A stretch of DNA of 64,000 nucleotides from NCBI GenBank assembly GCA_052327205.1, contig CM126222.1:54374001-54438000 (forward strand), in the 5' to 3' direction. This stretch comes from Somniosus microcephalus. Lineage: Eukaryota. This document shows positions 36,281 through 49,499 of this stretch, one piece after another. The notes under the pieces are model-generated. The model was not told the DNA's origin, did not search any database, and worked only from the letters and a program-made list of their open reading frames with translations. The translations under genes were made by a program, and so were the position numbers. How positions within the stretch are numbered: the stretch's first letter is position 1; the number at the start of each line of letters is the position of its first letter.

Positions 36281-36760
36281 GTTCGGCTGCCCGTGTCCTA
36301 ACTCGCACCAAGTCCCGTTCACCCATCACCTCTGTGCTCGCTCACCTACATTGGCTCCCAGTTAAGCAACGCCTCAATTTTAAAATTCTCATCCTTGTTT
36401 TCACATCCATCCTTGGCCCGCCTCTCCCTATCTCTGTAATCTTCTCCAGGCCCACAACACTCCAAGATATCTGTACTCCTCCAATTCTGGCCTCTTGAGC
36501 ACCCCCGATTTTAATCGCTCCACCATTGGCGGCCATGCCTTCAGCTGCCTTAACTCTGGAATTCCCTCCCTAAACCTCTCCTCCTCTCTACCGCTCTTTC
36601 CTCCTTTAAGATGTTCCTTAAAACCTATCCCTTTGACCATCATTTGCCCTAATATCTCCTTTTGTGGTTCGGTGTCAAATTTTGTTTTATAATGCTCCTG
36701 TGAAGCGCCTTGGGATGTTTTACTACGTTAAAGGCGCTATATAAATACAAGTTGTTATTG
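36281..36760 (+). mobile_element. L2 LINE 3' fragment
   Basis: Encodes AARVLTRTKSRSPITSVLAHLHWLPVKQRLNFKIL, the L2 post-RT LHWLPV motif. Tail AAAGGCGCTATATAAATACAAGTTGTT. Confidence 0.88.
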
Positions 36761-37958
36761 GTAGGAAGCAGGGCGCAATCTCATGCATGAGACAGTGGTA
36801 ATCTCTCACCACCATGAATTAAATTTAGCTAAAGGCTAGTTTTTAAATGTAAATCAGTTTTTTAAATACTCTGGTAGATGTTTATTAACCCATTTGACCA
36901 AAGACAGGAGTGTTGGGAAGCCTGCAGTTAGGACTGAATTAATACTCAGAAGATTCGAGTGAAGAAAGCCTTTGCTCATTTCATCGCATCCTTTCACAAT
37001 AATAACCGTAGCTTATTAGTTTCTTTAAATTCCTCTGGGTTACATGTTAGGTAAATATACATGATCTCTATGAATATAAAGATCAAATTGTTTGCTGTAT
37101 CCATTGTATTTCAGTGCCTCAGAGAAATCTGATTTCAGGAGTCACCTCCACCATGCCCCAACTAACTTGCATCTGATTAGCTCAGCTCACGACCTTTGAT
37201 CTTTGGTAACCAGGGTTAGCAAAGTTCTTTTGTTCACAAGTTCCCTTTTCCCTTCATTTTTGCTTCACATTCTTTCTTTTGTTTTCTCTTATTTGCTTTA
37301 TACCAGTTTTCTTTTACTGTTGTTTCCCTTATTCATCCTTTTATTTTATCCCTTGCATGTTATTTTTAATCTCTTTCCTAATCATCTTTTTTCTTTCATC
37401 TATTGTTCATACTTTGTGCTGCAACCTTTGTCAGCCTCTACCGTTCACTTTAAAATGAGCGCTGCCTCTGACAGATGTTCCTTTGATTTGTTGTGCTGTT
37501 TACTTAATCGTCAGGAAAAGAACAGTTTATGTACTTAAGCCCTGCCCACAGCATTCAAATGTAATTCTAAAGGCACCACACCTTCCAACATCCCTTTTCA
37601 TTGATGCAGTCCCAGAATGAATAGCTGCTTGATTTTTCGGAGTTTTTAAAATGTAGTTATGTTTAATCCATGGCTGGGAGAGATTACCATTGTTGTTAAC
37701 CCCTCTTCACAGAATCACAAGATAAATACAGATGAGATGGCATGCCTGCTTGGCCCACTTTAGCTAATCCATCTAGAAAAACCGACAATTCCCCTCAGCA
37801 CGGTCTCTTAAATGATTCCAAGATTTCTTATCCTCTCTGTCCTATCTAGAACCATTGTAAATGTTGATCACTCTTTGTGTGGAAAAACAACTTTTTAACA
37901 CCAGTCTGATATTCGCCTTTCACCAGGTTGAACCTATGCCCCCTTGTCCTATTGTCTC

Positions 37959-38320
37959 AGAATCACAGAATCACAGAAACCCCACAGTGCAGATAGAGGC
38001 CATTTCGGCCCATCGAGCCTGCACCGACACATATCCCACCCGATCCCCGTAACCCCTACACCTACACCAACACATATCCCACCCTATCCCCGTAACCCCA
38101 CGTATTTAATCCCCCTAACACTAAGGGTCAATTTTTTATCATAGCCAATCAACCTAACCCACACATCTTTGACTGTGGGAGGAAACCGGAGCACCTGGAG
38201 AAAACCCACGCAAACACGGGGAGAATGTGCAAACTCCACACAGACAGTCACCCGAGGCCGGATTCGCACCCGGGTCTCTGGCGCTGTGAGGCAACAGTGC
38301 TAACCACTATGCCACCGTGC
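37959..38320 (-). mobile_element. V-SINE (HE1-like), near-identical to 29258-29578, with an internal ~40-bp duplication
   Basis: Reverse complement of 29258-29578. Possible CTCAG TSD. Sits within an older degraded CR1-like stretch. Confidence 0.9.
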
Positions 38321-39260
38321 TCAGTTTAACTTGAAGTAGTTACATGCACATATACAGAAAACCCTATACCTTCATATGTGTATATGTATATATATATAGA
38401 AATGTTTACCCTATGAATTGACCTTGGAGTTTCTGATCGGCCGATTTTGTACAGTTTGATGTGAGGTGAAAAAGTGACATTGTTTAAAGTAATCTTTTGC
38501 TGCAGAACAGTGCAGTAAGAATCTAAGAGCTTTGCCCAGACTGTTTTCTTAATAAGTTAATCATCCCCACCAGCCATTCATTTACAGAATAAATGAAACT
38601 ATTTGAAAGGAAACATTGTGGTTTGATTATTCTGTTCCCTTTAATTAGGAATTTATTTAAATTGTAAGCAGTTCTAACATGTAAACATCTCGCTGCAATG
38701 AAGACATCAGACTATTACATTTCAAAGCTGTAACACTCAACTGTTTTAAAGTTCTGTTGTCATTGGATTATTCAATATAGCATTTTATCTTTTTAAATAG
38801 TGTTCTTTTTTAACAAATAGAACGATGAATATAAAACTGTTATGAACAGCACAGGCCACTGTACTTTTTAAATAACTACCTGTGACACATAAGGGTGGAA
38901 ATGACTGGGAGTGATGTTATCGTATGAATACTTAATACCATCACCAAATGCGCCTCTGCTATTTTAATGGAGATATTAAGCCATTTAAAATAAAAGGTAA
39001 CACCTGCATTAAAATAAAAAATATGGGCAAGAGCATTTTTGCAATAACATTTCTCGTGGTCATTTCGATGTTGTAGGGTTACATTGATAGATATAAACTT
39101 CGGTAGATTTCATGTCAGATTCAAAAGAAATATCATTGAACCACTTTAATGTGTTTGAAGTACATTCCTGAACACACACGGTTGTTGCACATACAGCCTC
39201 AAGTTGGCACAAACAACAAAAGGAATCGACACTTAATAGGTCTTGTCTTCTGGAGACCTG

Positions 39261-40022
39261 GGTGGAGAAATTCCCCGGGAGGGCCGTTTGGGGCGCTAAG
39301 TGAAAAATGTTTGGAAAGTTAGTGCCAGGCGCTGACCTTCTCAAACATTCGTTAAATTCGCCACATTTTGCTCCAAGAGGGACGTGGAGCGCTAAATCAA
39401 GGGCTCAACTTGCCTCCTGGAGCGCAAGAGGTGGGGACTGTCCCGATCCGGGGCGATGTGCTCAGGAGCGTCGCAAGTGGCCAAACGTGGCTCTGCCGCA
39501 TTGCAGGGGCTCTTCCCTCAATTAAAGGGAAGGGCCCCACGCTGCAAGCTCTGCAGGTTTCATTGTAGATTTCTGGGCCAGCAGGGAGCGGGAGTGCCGC
39601 GTGATCAGCCTGACACTCGAGCAGAGTGCCGGGCTGAGCAATCGCAGCAAGGACGCCGCGACCGGTGGCCGAAAATAATTTTTTTTTAAATCGGCATTTT
39701 TTTTTTTTGGCTGGCCGCCCATCGCGCCTTCATGTTGCGCCCCATGAGCGGCCGGTCTCGCTGTTCGCGACCCCTGCAGCAGTCGGTAACATCGCCCAGC
39801 GCTGCCGCGGGGCGTGAGTGCGAATTTTTCTCCCGGGGAGCTGTGCCTGGAGATGACGTCATGATCTCCGGGCACAGAAGATCGGGGCAATACCCGGTAG
39901 CACCGCCGCTAACCTCCCGTGGGATTTCACGGTTACCGCCTCGGAGGGGGGGAGGGTGAAAAGCCATTTGCGCCCCGTTAGTGCCTCCCACCGGAGGCGC
40001 AAACGAGGGGAATTTCACCCCC
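39261..40022. mobile_element. GC-rich Harbinger-like MITE
   Basis: TIRs GGTGGAGAAATTCCCC and GGGGAATTTCACCCCC (14/16). Subterminal GGCGCWAA motifs. CTG at both ends if a 1-nt offset is allowed. Confidence 0.78.
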
Positions 40023-40118
40023 TGCACTAGCACAAGTGGTGCAGTATTTAGTGCTTCTTTTCTTGCGATTTTGCACTATTTTCAGGTCTCTGAGATGAGT
40101 GCAAACCTTTAGCAATGA

Positions 40119-40546
40119 TGTCAGCCATGGCTCACTGGTAGCACTCCTGCTTCTGAGTCAGATGGTTGTGAGTTCATAGTCCCGCTCCAGAGATTTGAGC
40201 ACAAAATCTAGGCTGACACTCCAGTGCGGCACTGTTGGGGATGCCGGCTTTCGGACGAGATGCCAAAGCGAAGCCCTGTCTGCCCTCTCAGCTGGACGTA
40301 ATAGAACACATGGCGCTATTTTAAGAACAGCAGGGGAGCTCACTCTGTGGCCTGGCTAATACTTAACCCTTAACCAACATCACTAAAAAAAAGATTATCT
40401 AGGACCTTGCTGTGTGCAAATTGGCTTCCGCGTTTCAGTCATTACAACAGTGACTACACTTCAAAAGTACTCCATTGGCTGTGAAGCGCTTTGGGACGTC
40501 CTGAGGTCATGAAAGGCGCTATAGAAATGCAAGCCTTTCTTTCCTT
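40119..40546 (+). mobile_element. DeuSINE (SacSINE1-like): tRNA-like head, Deu domain, L2-type tail
   Basis: Head TGGCTCACTGGTAGCACT...GAGTTCA, core GGCCTGGCTAATACTTAACCCT, tail GAAAGGCGCTATAGAAATGCAAG shared with the L2 copies. Confidence 0.78.
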
Positions 40547-41220
40547 TCAGATAAAGGGGAGCTGCCAATAGAAGTGGGACCCACTGATTTTTAAAATTCT
40601 GTGCTGCCACAATTAGACAATTTTGTCCTGTTTCATTTCTGGAAGAGTAGCTCTAGAGTCAGTGAAGCATAAGCCAATTTAAAAGCTGAAAAAGAGTAAC
40701 CAGAAACCTTTTGAAACACATTTAAATTTAATTTTTCACTGTAAATCTGTTTTTTGAAATGCTCTAGATGATGTTTATTAACCCACTTGGGAGTGAGGGA
40801 TAACTCAGAAATGCCATTTGAAATTTGCTTGGCAGTCTGTCGGGAAAGACCAGAATTCCCTGTTTGTACATTTTTCAGCAGTCACAATGACACATTTGTT
40901 TCAGGTCAGCATATCATGTAGAATTTAAACATCATTTTTATGTCAAGGCTGACAGGCCAAGCAGAAATTTACAATTCTGCAAAGGTAGCACAACCCACTG
41001 AAAATAGCAGTTTTACACATTTATGTTTTTTTTAAAAATCTGTTTATTGTTATAATAATTGCTGTTTCAAGGAAAACATAAATTATGTTTGTGCCACAGT
41101 AAGTTGACAAAGATCCATATTTTAGAATTAAGGAGTGAAGTTCCTTAATATTTCCCATATTGGGGTTTATCTGATTACTGGTTCATAGGCTAGATTTCCC
41201 ACACACTTGCAGCCTGAGGT

Positions 41221-41376
41221 CAGTGTTCCCTGTAATTTGTTTTTTGGTGCGTGGGCCCTTTAACTGGCTGCGTGGCTGATTCAGTTTTTTCCACATGCGC
41301 AGTTCTTCACATCGAAAAGCCCGTGAATGGCCGGCACAGGATCTCCAGACGGCCCCGCAGCCTAGCGGGAACATTG
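41221..41376. mobile_element. hAT-like MITE, 156 bp
   Basis: TIRs CAGTGTTCCC and GGGAACATTG. 8-bp TSD CCTGAGGT / CCTGAGAT. Confidence 0.82.
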
Positions 41377-44300
41377 CCTGAGATGTGTTCTAATTTCACA
41401 CCTTGAAATATTTGGGATTCCTTTTGTCAAGTTGACAGAAGTGATGAACAGAAAAGTGGTATCCTCCACAGAAAGTGTAGAAAATGTATTTTTCATCGTC
41501 GTATATACATTACAATCAGGAACCTATATTTGCTTCAAAAGGAATGAAAATCAAGTGAGGGAGCAATAAAGCTGTTTATGAATAACAAATACCAAGGTAT
41601 AGAAGATTACAGCACAGAAGAAGGCCATTTAGCCATCTAACAGTGAGGAGTGTTCCGTCCCCACTACAAAACCAGACAGTCAGCTAGACAGAGAAAGAAA
41701 ATGTCATGAAATTTGAAAATCACCCTAATAAAAGAGTAGAAATAAACCACTAGAAATAATGGGCTCAGTTTTAGAAGGAACCTGCTCCCATTATCTTAAG
41801 CCTATGTAAACACTATCCTATATTCAGCTTGTGTGTAATAGGAATTGCCGATCACGTTGGAGAACTGTACCACAGCGAACTGCAGGCACCTGCTTGCTGC
41901 CGTCCTTTGATGCCCGCTCCTTTCCTTCCACAATGCATTTTTCAGCCACTACAATAGGAAATATGATCAGACAGCAGTAATCAGCTTTTTATATTCCTAT
42001 AGAATGTAAAACAAAACCGTCCAAAACAACACAAAACACAGCGAGATGCACAAAAGGAACTGACCCCCATACCCAACCAACAGCTAAACAATGTTCTAAA
42101 CTTCACCTATAATTACCAGAGCTTCAGATCCAGGCAGTACAGTGTAGAACAGTATAATCAGTGCACTCAACTTCCCCGATTCTGCCTTCCAGATTAACTC
42201 TTTTTCCGGATGTCTTTTTGGAAACTCTCCAACCGGACTGTATATATAAAAAATGGAGCCATCAGAAAGCACAGTATGGATACCTGTAGGGACAATTACC
42301 CAATCTCAAAAATGATCTGATAGACATTGGGTAAATGATGTCCCTATAGCCAATGAAAAGAAGAGCGAGTTGGCTTCCTTTGTGGTGTGGCAGGTGATCC
42401 GGTTTCTAAAAGTCGAGCAATTGATAGCAACGAAATGTTTCTTCCTTTTTGGAAGCCGTATTTCATTTCCCAATGGGTTGGATCAGTTTGGGCAGGTTTA
42501 GATGACAGCATGTTTGTCCTTCGCTCCTCCTGCACCAGTCTATGATTTGATTTAAAAGGGGGGGCTAAAGAGCAGTAACATCAGCAGGGAAATAATTTTT
42601 TATTATTAATGATATTGCGTTAAAGTCACCCTCATGTTGAGAAACTAAAACATCTGGCAAATATTCTGCTCCACAAAATTGTGCAATTTTAACCCACTTG
42701 CAGTAAAATAAAAGCCAATTGAAAAGATCAAAGGCTAATATATCAAAGTAAATTCCCCAATCCTTAAGGCTATAGCCTAATTTTGCACACCCTTAGCCAC
42801 AGACATTTAAGAAGAATAAACAGTGCCACATCTAAAAATCAAACTACAGATCAGAAGAATTATAAGGCATGTGACTATAGACATACAAACAAATGGCTTG
42901 CCTTTCTGCACATGTCTGTCTGTCAAGGTAATATAACATTCCCGCTGAATAGTTTCTAATTTAGAGAAAAGAAAATGAACTAAAGGGTGAGGTAGGTACA
43001 GTCAGGCATATGCCAAGTGCAGTTAGTGCATAAAGCCTACAAACCTGTTTTGGCTAATAAGTCTCCTTACGCATGTATGTGGGGATTGTACGTGTGACCT
43101 TTTAGGGTGGATGAGTGGCTGACACATCAGATGACTTGTCTTAATTGGAGAAGTCAAAAATTAACAGTTTGCTTATCCCCACCAGATTTACTAACTAAAA
43201 CATTCTGGGTTGTACTAGACTGATGAATATTAGGAGCAGTTTATCACTGGTATTTTTCCTATTGTAAGATCTTAGGGCATCTCAAGTCTTAGACTGTGTC
43301 CTTTTTCTTTATTTCTATATACAAAACTCAGTGAATCTTAATCACCTCTGTTCCCCACTGAAGCATGTCATCATTAACACTGGGGCGCTGACTGCCCCAT
43401 TCAAGATGATTACTCTCCACTGCTCCGACAGACTGGGATTCAATGAGGACTCCACTAATACAGTTTAGGCAGCCGCATGCCTCATACGAGCAGGCCCCGG
43501 CATGTAGGAGCCAGCTGGCAAATTGTCAAACTGGATTTGGGCTCGATGCCAGTGCTCAATGCACCGTGCCAACATTGCCTGTCTTTCTGTCTATCATTGA
43601 ACTGATTTCAGGAGGTGGCGTTTCTGAGGATTTAAGGGCATTGTGTTGATCCCTTAACACTTTGATGACCAATATCAAAATAGCCAATAGGATATAAGAA
43701 AATAAATCCATGAAATGTAGGATAGAAATAAATCTATTGCTCCTGCATGGCAAATAACTAAAGTCTTTTGAATTTTTAGCTTGATTGGGTCTACGTAAGC
43801 AAGTTGTAAAGCTAATAGTTTCTTTCCTGTATCTTAAATAGGCTGTAAAAGTATACTTTATCACAAATAGAAAAGAATATTTACTGTATCTTATCCAAGT
43901 CTAAATCTGTAAGATTTTATAATGGGCTAGGAAACATGGTAGCAAAGATAGTAGCACACCTGTCTCCCAACCAGTTGGTGGTTGGTTTTGAGTCTCAGGG
44001 CCACTCGTCACTTAGTCAACCTGCCATTACTGGGAGGGATTCTTCTGGTTTACAGCTGAGCTTGGAGATTGAACACTTTGCCAAACCAGGACTACTTCTC
44101 AGTGAAGTAGAACTGACTTAACCAACGGCACTGCAAAATTACCTTCTGTCAACTGATTGACAGCAGTTGTGAAGTACACAGTGCAACACAAGTATCGAGT
44201 GTAGGGAATGTGTCTCTGCTGATAATGGGATAGTGGGCAGTTTGGATTTACTTGTGATGTTTGATGTCGTCACTTTGATCTTTCACCCACATCTTTCATA

Positions 44301-44663
44301 CTGGAGCTATTACTATTAGTGCTGAAGTAGTATGACTACATTATATTTTCAGCAGCATCTTTACTTTTGAACATGCAGTTAAGTCACTCTAGCGGGAGAA
44401 ATCAAATCTAGTAACCTGGCTGCAAATTATTGTAAAGTGACGATAGTGCCTTAGATTTGGAAGAATACAAAAGTCCTTGGTCCTGAGCCCTACATAAATC
44501 TGACAGCACCACCCACAGTGTAGATATTAGTAGACCAATGGACCACCAATGGATAGGGTTAATAATATTAAGTATGTTCAATAAACTGAGAATTGTATTG
44601 TTTCAGTAAAAGATAACAATTAAATCAAGATGTGGTGTACTAATAAAATGCATTCTGTACATA

Positions 44664-45154
44664 GTGTCCTAACTCGCACCAAGTCCCATTCACCAATCAC
44701 CCTTGTGCTCGCTGACCTACATTGGCTCCTGGTTAAACAATGCCTGGATTTTAAAATGCTCATCCTTGTTTTCAAATCCCTCCATGGCCTCACCCCTCCC
44801 TATCTCTGTAATCTCCTTCAGCCCCACAACCCCCCTCCCCCGAGATATCTGTGCTCCTCTAATTCTGCCCACTTGAGCATCCCTGATTATAATCGCTCAA
44901 CCATTGGTAGCTGTGCCTTCTGTTGCCTCGGCCCTAAGCTCTGGAATTCCCTGCCTAAACCTCTCTACCTCTCTTTCCTCCTTTTAAGACGCTCATTAAA
45001 ACCTACCTCTTTGACCAAGCTTTTGGTCACCTGTCATAATTTCTTCTTATATGGCTCGGTGTCAATTTTTTTGTCTTCTAATACTCCTGTGAAGCACCAT
45101 GGGACGTTTTACTACGTTAAAGGTGCTATATAAATACAAGTTGTTGTTGTTGTT
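44664..45154 (+). mobile_element. L2 LINE 3' fragment
   Basis: Encodes VLTRTKSHSPITLVLADLHWLLVKQCLDFKMLILVFKSLHGL. (GTT)n tail. Paralogous to 36281-36760. Confidence 0.88.
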
Positions 45155-47059
45155 GAAGTGCATGTTCTCAGTCATAAGTGATGGGTCAGGACCATAGTCC
45201 AGCGGACCAAGACCTTCTTATTCAGTTGGTCATGGATCAGTGACAAGAAAGTGAGGCATTTTGAACCTACTTTAATTTCCCGCATTTTGATATCAAGGAA
45301 ACAGAGCATGATTCTTCGTCGAGAGATCAGTTATTGTTTATACTGAGCATTCTTGTCTCCTGCAGACCTAAAAGGGGTTAACCATGTCACCGGTGCAAAG
45401 ATATTTCAGACCAGTGGAAAATTCTGAGTGTTATTATAACATTAGCACCCTAGTGACTGAATGTCATTGTGAACTTGTGTCTAGCGCTGGAGCAGTCCTG
45501 CAGAGTAAACCGTGGATTGAATCTAATAAACTGTGCATTGTAACTCGGGCTTTGAGGTTTTTCTATTGCACTTATATCAATCTTTACAAAATCACAACGG
45601 ATGTTCAGTCAGGGCAGCATTCAAAAGATTCAACTTGAAGAAATATTTCGCTGCACAAATTTAATTTAGCTTTGTTAAAAGCACTTTTTAAATTTTTTAT
45701 ATATAATTGGATCATTTTTTGCACTGGATGTATTTATCTAGCATTCAAAGGACAGTAAACAAACTGGTTGCTGCTCCTGCTTTAAAGAAAAAAAACCCTG
45801 CTAGTTTGTCCAATTTGGCAGCGTGGAAAGGAGATAGGGAAGTGATGCTGTTTTGTGGGAATGCACTGGGGCTGTGCATTCGCCAGTTTATACCTGACCG
45901 CAGAATGCTTTTCACCGGGTGCAAAAATGAATCAGCGTATTGAAGGAACTGAACAGCCGCCAAAGCGCAAACAGAGCAATGTTGAACAAGTAAATATTTA
46001 GCGACATGAACAGTTAGATAACTCCCTTGTAGTAATTTCTTCTCTGAATCTCTAATACATACAAACCCCGCCCCCTGCTTTGCTGATTGTGAAGGAATTG
46101 ATAAATATTGTTCTGCTAGCTTTTCAAGATTATTAGATCTAATATATGAAATGGTGGCAATCGAAGGAATGTCGTGTTACATCTCAAAGTGTGGTGTTAG
46201 GTTTCACAATGAAACTTCTTTAGACATTTTAGAAAATTGTATAATATTAAAAATGACTGAAAACAAACACATTTTTCTTAAGCTGAGCATTATCTGCACA
46301 CATTCCTCAAGTGTCTGAGGAATATGCTTTCTTATTGACTGGCAATAGTACTAAGTTATCATCGTGGCCTGTTTCATTGTACACATTTGATACTTTATTG
46401 CATTTTTCCACTAAACCTTCATCCGAGTTAGTGATACTATAATTTGTACCATTCTATGTCCTTTTGTTCTGCAACTTGAATGGCTATGTACCTGTTTCTA
46501 AAGGGACCATTCCACCTTGATTAATTAAAAAAATATATTTTTAATAATGAAAATGGTAATTATTGGGCTCTTGTTCCTCTGGGATGGATCTCTTTCCAAG
46601 AAAGAAACTTTGTCTGATCGCATTGCTATCAAAGTCTGGTTTTATTAAAGTTGTTGTACAATTCTTTGCACGACTTCCTCACCAAGATCTTCATCCTTCT
46701 CCTTCCTGAGCTGCTTTGCCAAGCAACTCCTTATCCTCTGTGATTTTAAGCTACTGCCAAAATTCCCCTTCTCCCTGTCCTTTTGAATTCTCTGTCCTCC
46801 TGACCTCACTGAATGTCAGCCCTTCACAAAAAAACCTCTTGCATCCAAAGCTCACCCCTCCACCGCATCAGTGCAGGGGGAAGAGGAGTGAAAGGGAATT
46901 GGTGTTATCGGTCTCTTCCAGCTACACCCGCCAGTTTGCATGGTCATAGGATGGCATTAACAGCAGCTTTTGACCGCGTTCTTAGCCTGACCTCTGCTGC
47001 CTCCCAGGTAAAGGTGATTTTTGGTCACAAAAGGGGCTTTTAATGGTATGAGATCCCCT

Positions 47060-47470
47060 CTGGAGTTTAGAAGAATGAGAGGGGATCTCATTGAAACTTA
47101 CAAAATTCTAACAGGACTAGACAGACTAGATGCAGGAAGGATGTTCCCGATGACCGGGGAGTCCAGAACCAGGGGCCATAGTCTAAGGATAAGGGGTAAG
47201 CCATTTAGGACAGAGATGAGGAGGGATTTCTTCACCCTGAGAGTGGTGAACCTGTGGAATTCTCTACCACAGAAGGCAGTTGAGGCTAAAATATTAAATA
47301 TATTCAAGAATGAGTTAGATATATTTCTTAAGGCTAAAGGATTCAAGGGATATGGGGAGAAAGCAGGGACAGGGTACTGAATTTGGATGATCAGCCATGA
47401 TCTCATTGAATGGCGGAGCAGGCTCGAGGGGCTGAATGGCCTACTCCTGCTCCTATCTGCTATGTTTCTA
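47060..47470 (+). mobile_element. CR1 LINE 3' fragment
   Basis: Encodes LEFRRMRGDLIETYKIL...RTRGHSLRI...FFTLRVVNLWNSLP, followed by the 3' UTR GATCAGCCATGATC...GAATGGCCTACTCCTGCTCC. Confidence 0.92.
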
Positions 47471-48507
47471 TATGTAAGACTGGCAAAAAGCGAGGTCAGA
47501 AAGTCATGAAACAATAATGTGTGATGTATGTTTGCCAGAGCACTTTGGTTCTGAAGGAGTTAAAATCTTTGACATGATTTCAATAGAAAATTCAGTCTTG
47601 AAAAGGTTAATTGTATTTTCTTTCTATTTCTCCATCTTGTCTAAAATACGTTCATTGTGAGGAGACAATGGGGACGGAGGGTTCGATTTCAGATATAATT
47701 TTTCCATCAGAATGCCCCTGGCTCTTGGTGAAAGGGATTTTTTTGTTGGGGTTGGCACTTCACTTGGCAGACATTACTGCAGTTATAGTAAATGACAACC
47801 TCCTTTAGTTTTATAAATATTAAGCTGAATGTTCTCTTGCTGTACTACTTACTATCGTTTCTGTGAATCAGAAACCCAGTTTAAACAGAGACCCAGCTTA
47901 AACAGAGACTACAGTTTAGATGTGGTTCAAATTAATAGTTGATTGCGATTAGGGAGCAGCGTGTAACAGGTCAGAGTTAGTACATTGAGGGCATTCAAAT
48001 TAAAATGTGCCCTAGAGCAATGCTAGGCTTCCCTTTAAAGCCACAGAGCACCTTGTAATTAGCATTCAAGATTACAGTAAATCTTGTGAAAGCAATGTTA
48101 GAAAAAGTCCACATTACAAGTGGCTAATTAAATTACAGCTGATTAGAAGATTGTTTAATCGAAATTTGACAGTTTCTAAACATGCAGTAAACAAAAAAAA
48201 CGGTGTGGTTTACAAACATTGATGCACTGGTCCAATCAGCGAATGGAGGCTCAGTGGGTCATTGCAATCGGAAGGTACCTTTATATTTGTAAACTCCTAT
48301 ATATTTGTTCCTTCCACACTGTGCGTCACTCTCTCTCAGTGAGCAGTTTTCATGTGGTGCTGCAAGGCTTTGACTACACTGCTATGTAACCCTGCCACTA
48401 GGAGGTGCACACCAATGTTTGAAGTTGATTTCTCCTCCTTCCTCATGGGGAAGTGCCTGGCATTTGTTCCACGCCTTGCATTGATGGCACAGTTAAGGCT
48501 GGCAACT

Positions 48508-48643
48508 TTGGAACAGAGCCCATTCAGCCCCTCGAGCCTGTTCTGCCATTCAGTTCGATCAAGGCTCATCTGTATCTTAACTCCATTTACCCGCCTTGGC
48601 TCATTAACCCTCGATACCCTTACCGCACAAAAATCTATCGATC
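48508..48643 (-). mobile_element. CR1 3' UTR fragment
   Basis: CCATTCAGCCCCTCGAGCCTGTTCTGCCATTCAGTTCGATC is the reverse complement of the CR1 tail. Confidence 0.75.
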
Positions 48644-49499
48644 AAACGTTGACTGTGGGAAAATTATTAGCGACATAGATCTGAATTCTATTACTCCAGC
48701 ATGTTGTCATGACAACCTGATAGTAACTGGGATCATTCATACAAGATTCCTCAATTTGAAGATCTCCAAATTAGGTGTAACTATTCTGTTTTGCAAGATT
48801 CTTTGAATGCCTACTTTTCAAACATGGTATTAATTTGTTCAGTCTTCCTGGTAGGAGTTTCAGTGACTTTTCAGCAAATTTGGACCAAATTCCTGTAAAC
48901 CCTGGATCTGAATCAATTCTTAAATTCAATCCACCAAGTATAGAGGATCTTTTAAATGGGAACAATACAATACAATACCTATAACACTCACAGTAATGGC
49001 AATGTGGACAAGTGTAGGACCTGGAACTTGCTTAAAAATTGGATTTGCTTGGTCCTATTCTTCCAATTTAAACAGGGGTTCCCAGAAATCTGTTTTTTTC
49101 TATATGACATTTCCACATACCTACTTGGGAACTAAAAGGACAGAAGCCGCAGCAAAAATAGCTACAGTGATGGCTGAATTCAGAATGGCGCCAGAAATTC
49201 TTCTGCATGTACCACTTGGCAAAGCACACAGGAAATACAGTTAAGGTTGGGGAGAAACGAAATTGAAAACAGAGGGCTCTGGGTCAGGCAGTTCTGGATT
49301 GGTGGCTGACGCAGGATTTGTGGTTAGCAACGGAGGACAACTCTGGATCTGTGGTGGTTGAGGGAACAAACTGTGATCAAACAACAGGATTACATTTGCT
49401 AATTTCTCAGCATATGGAGGAAGGAAGCAAAAACTGCAGAGAAAAGGGGCATGCAAAAGAAGAGAGATCAAGCGAGCATTAGAAAGATCCCAGCTTAGA

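Noticed and set aside
22437-37184. 17/18 match TTGCATCTGATTARCTCA at 22437 and 37167
   Set aside because: A rough estimate gives about one or more such matches by chance in 64 kb, and there is no flanking similarity.
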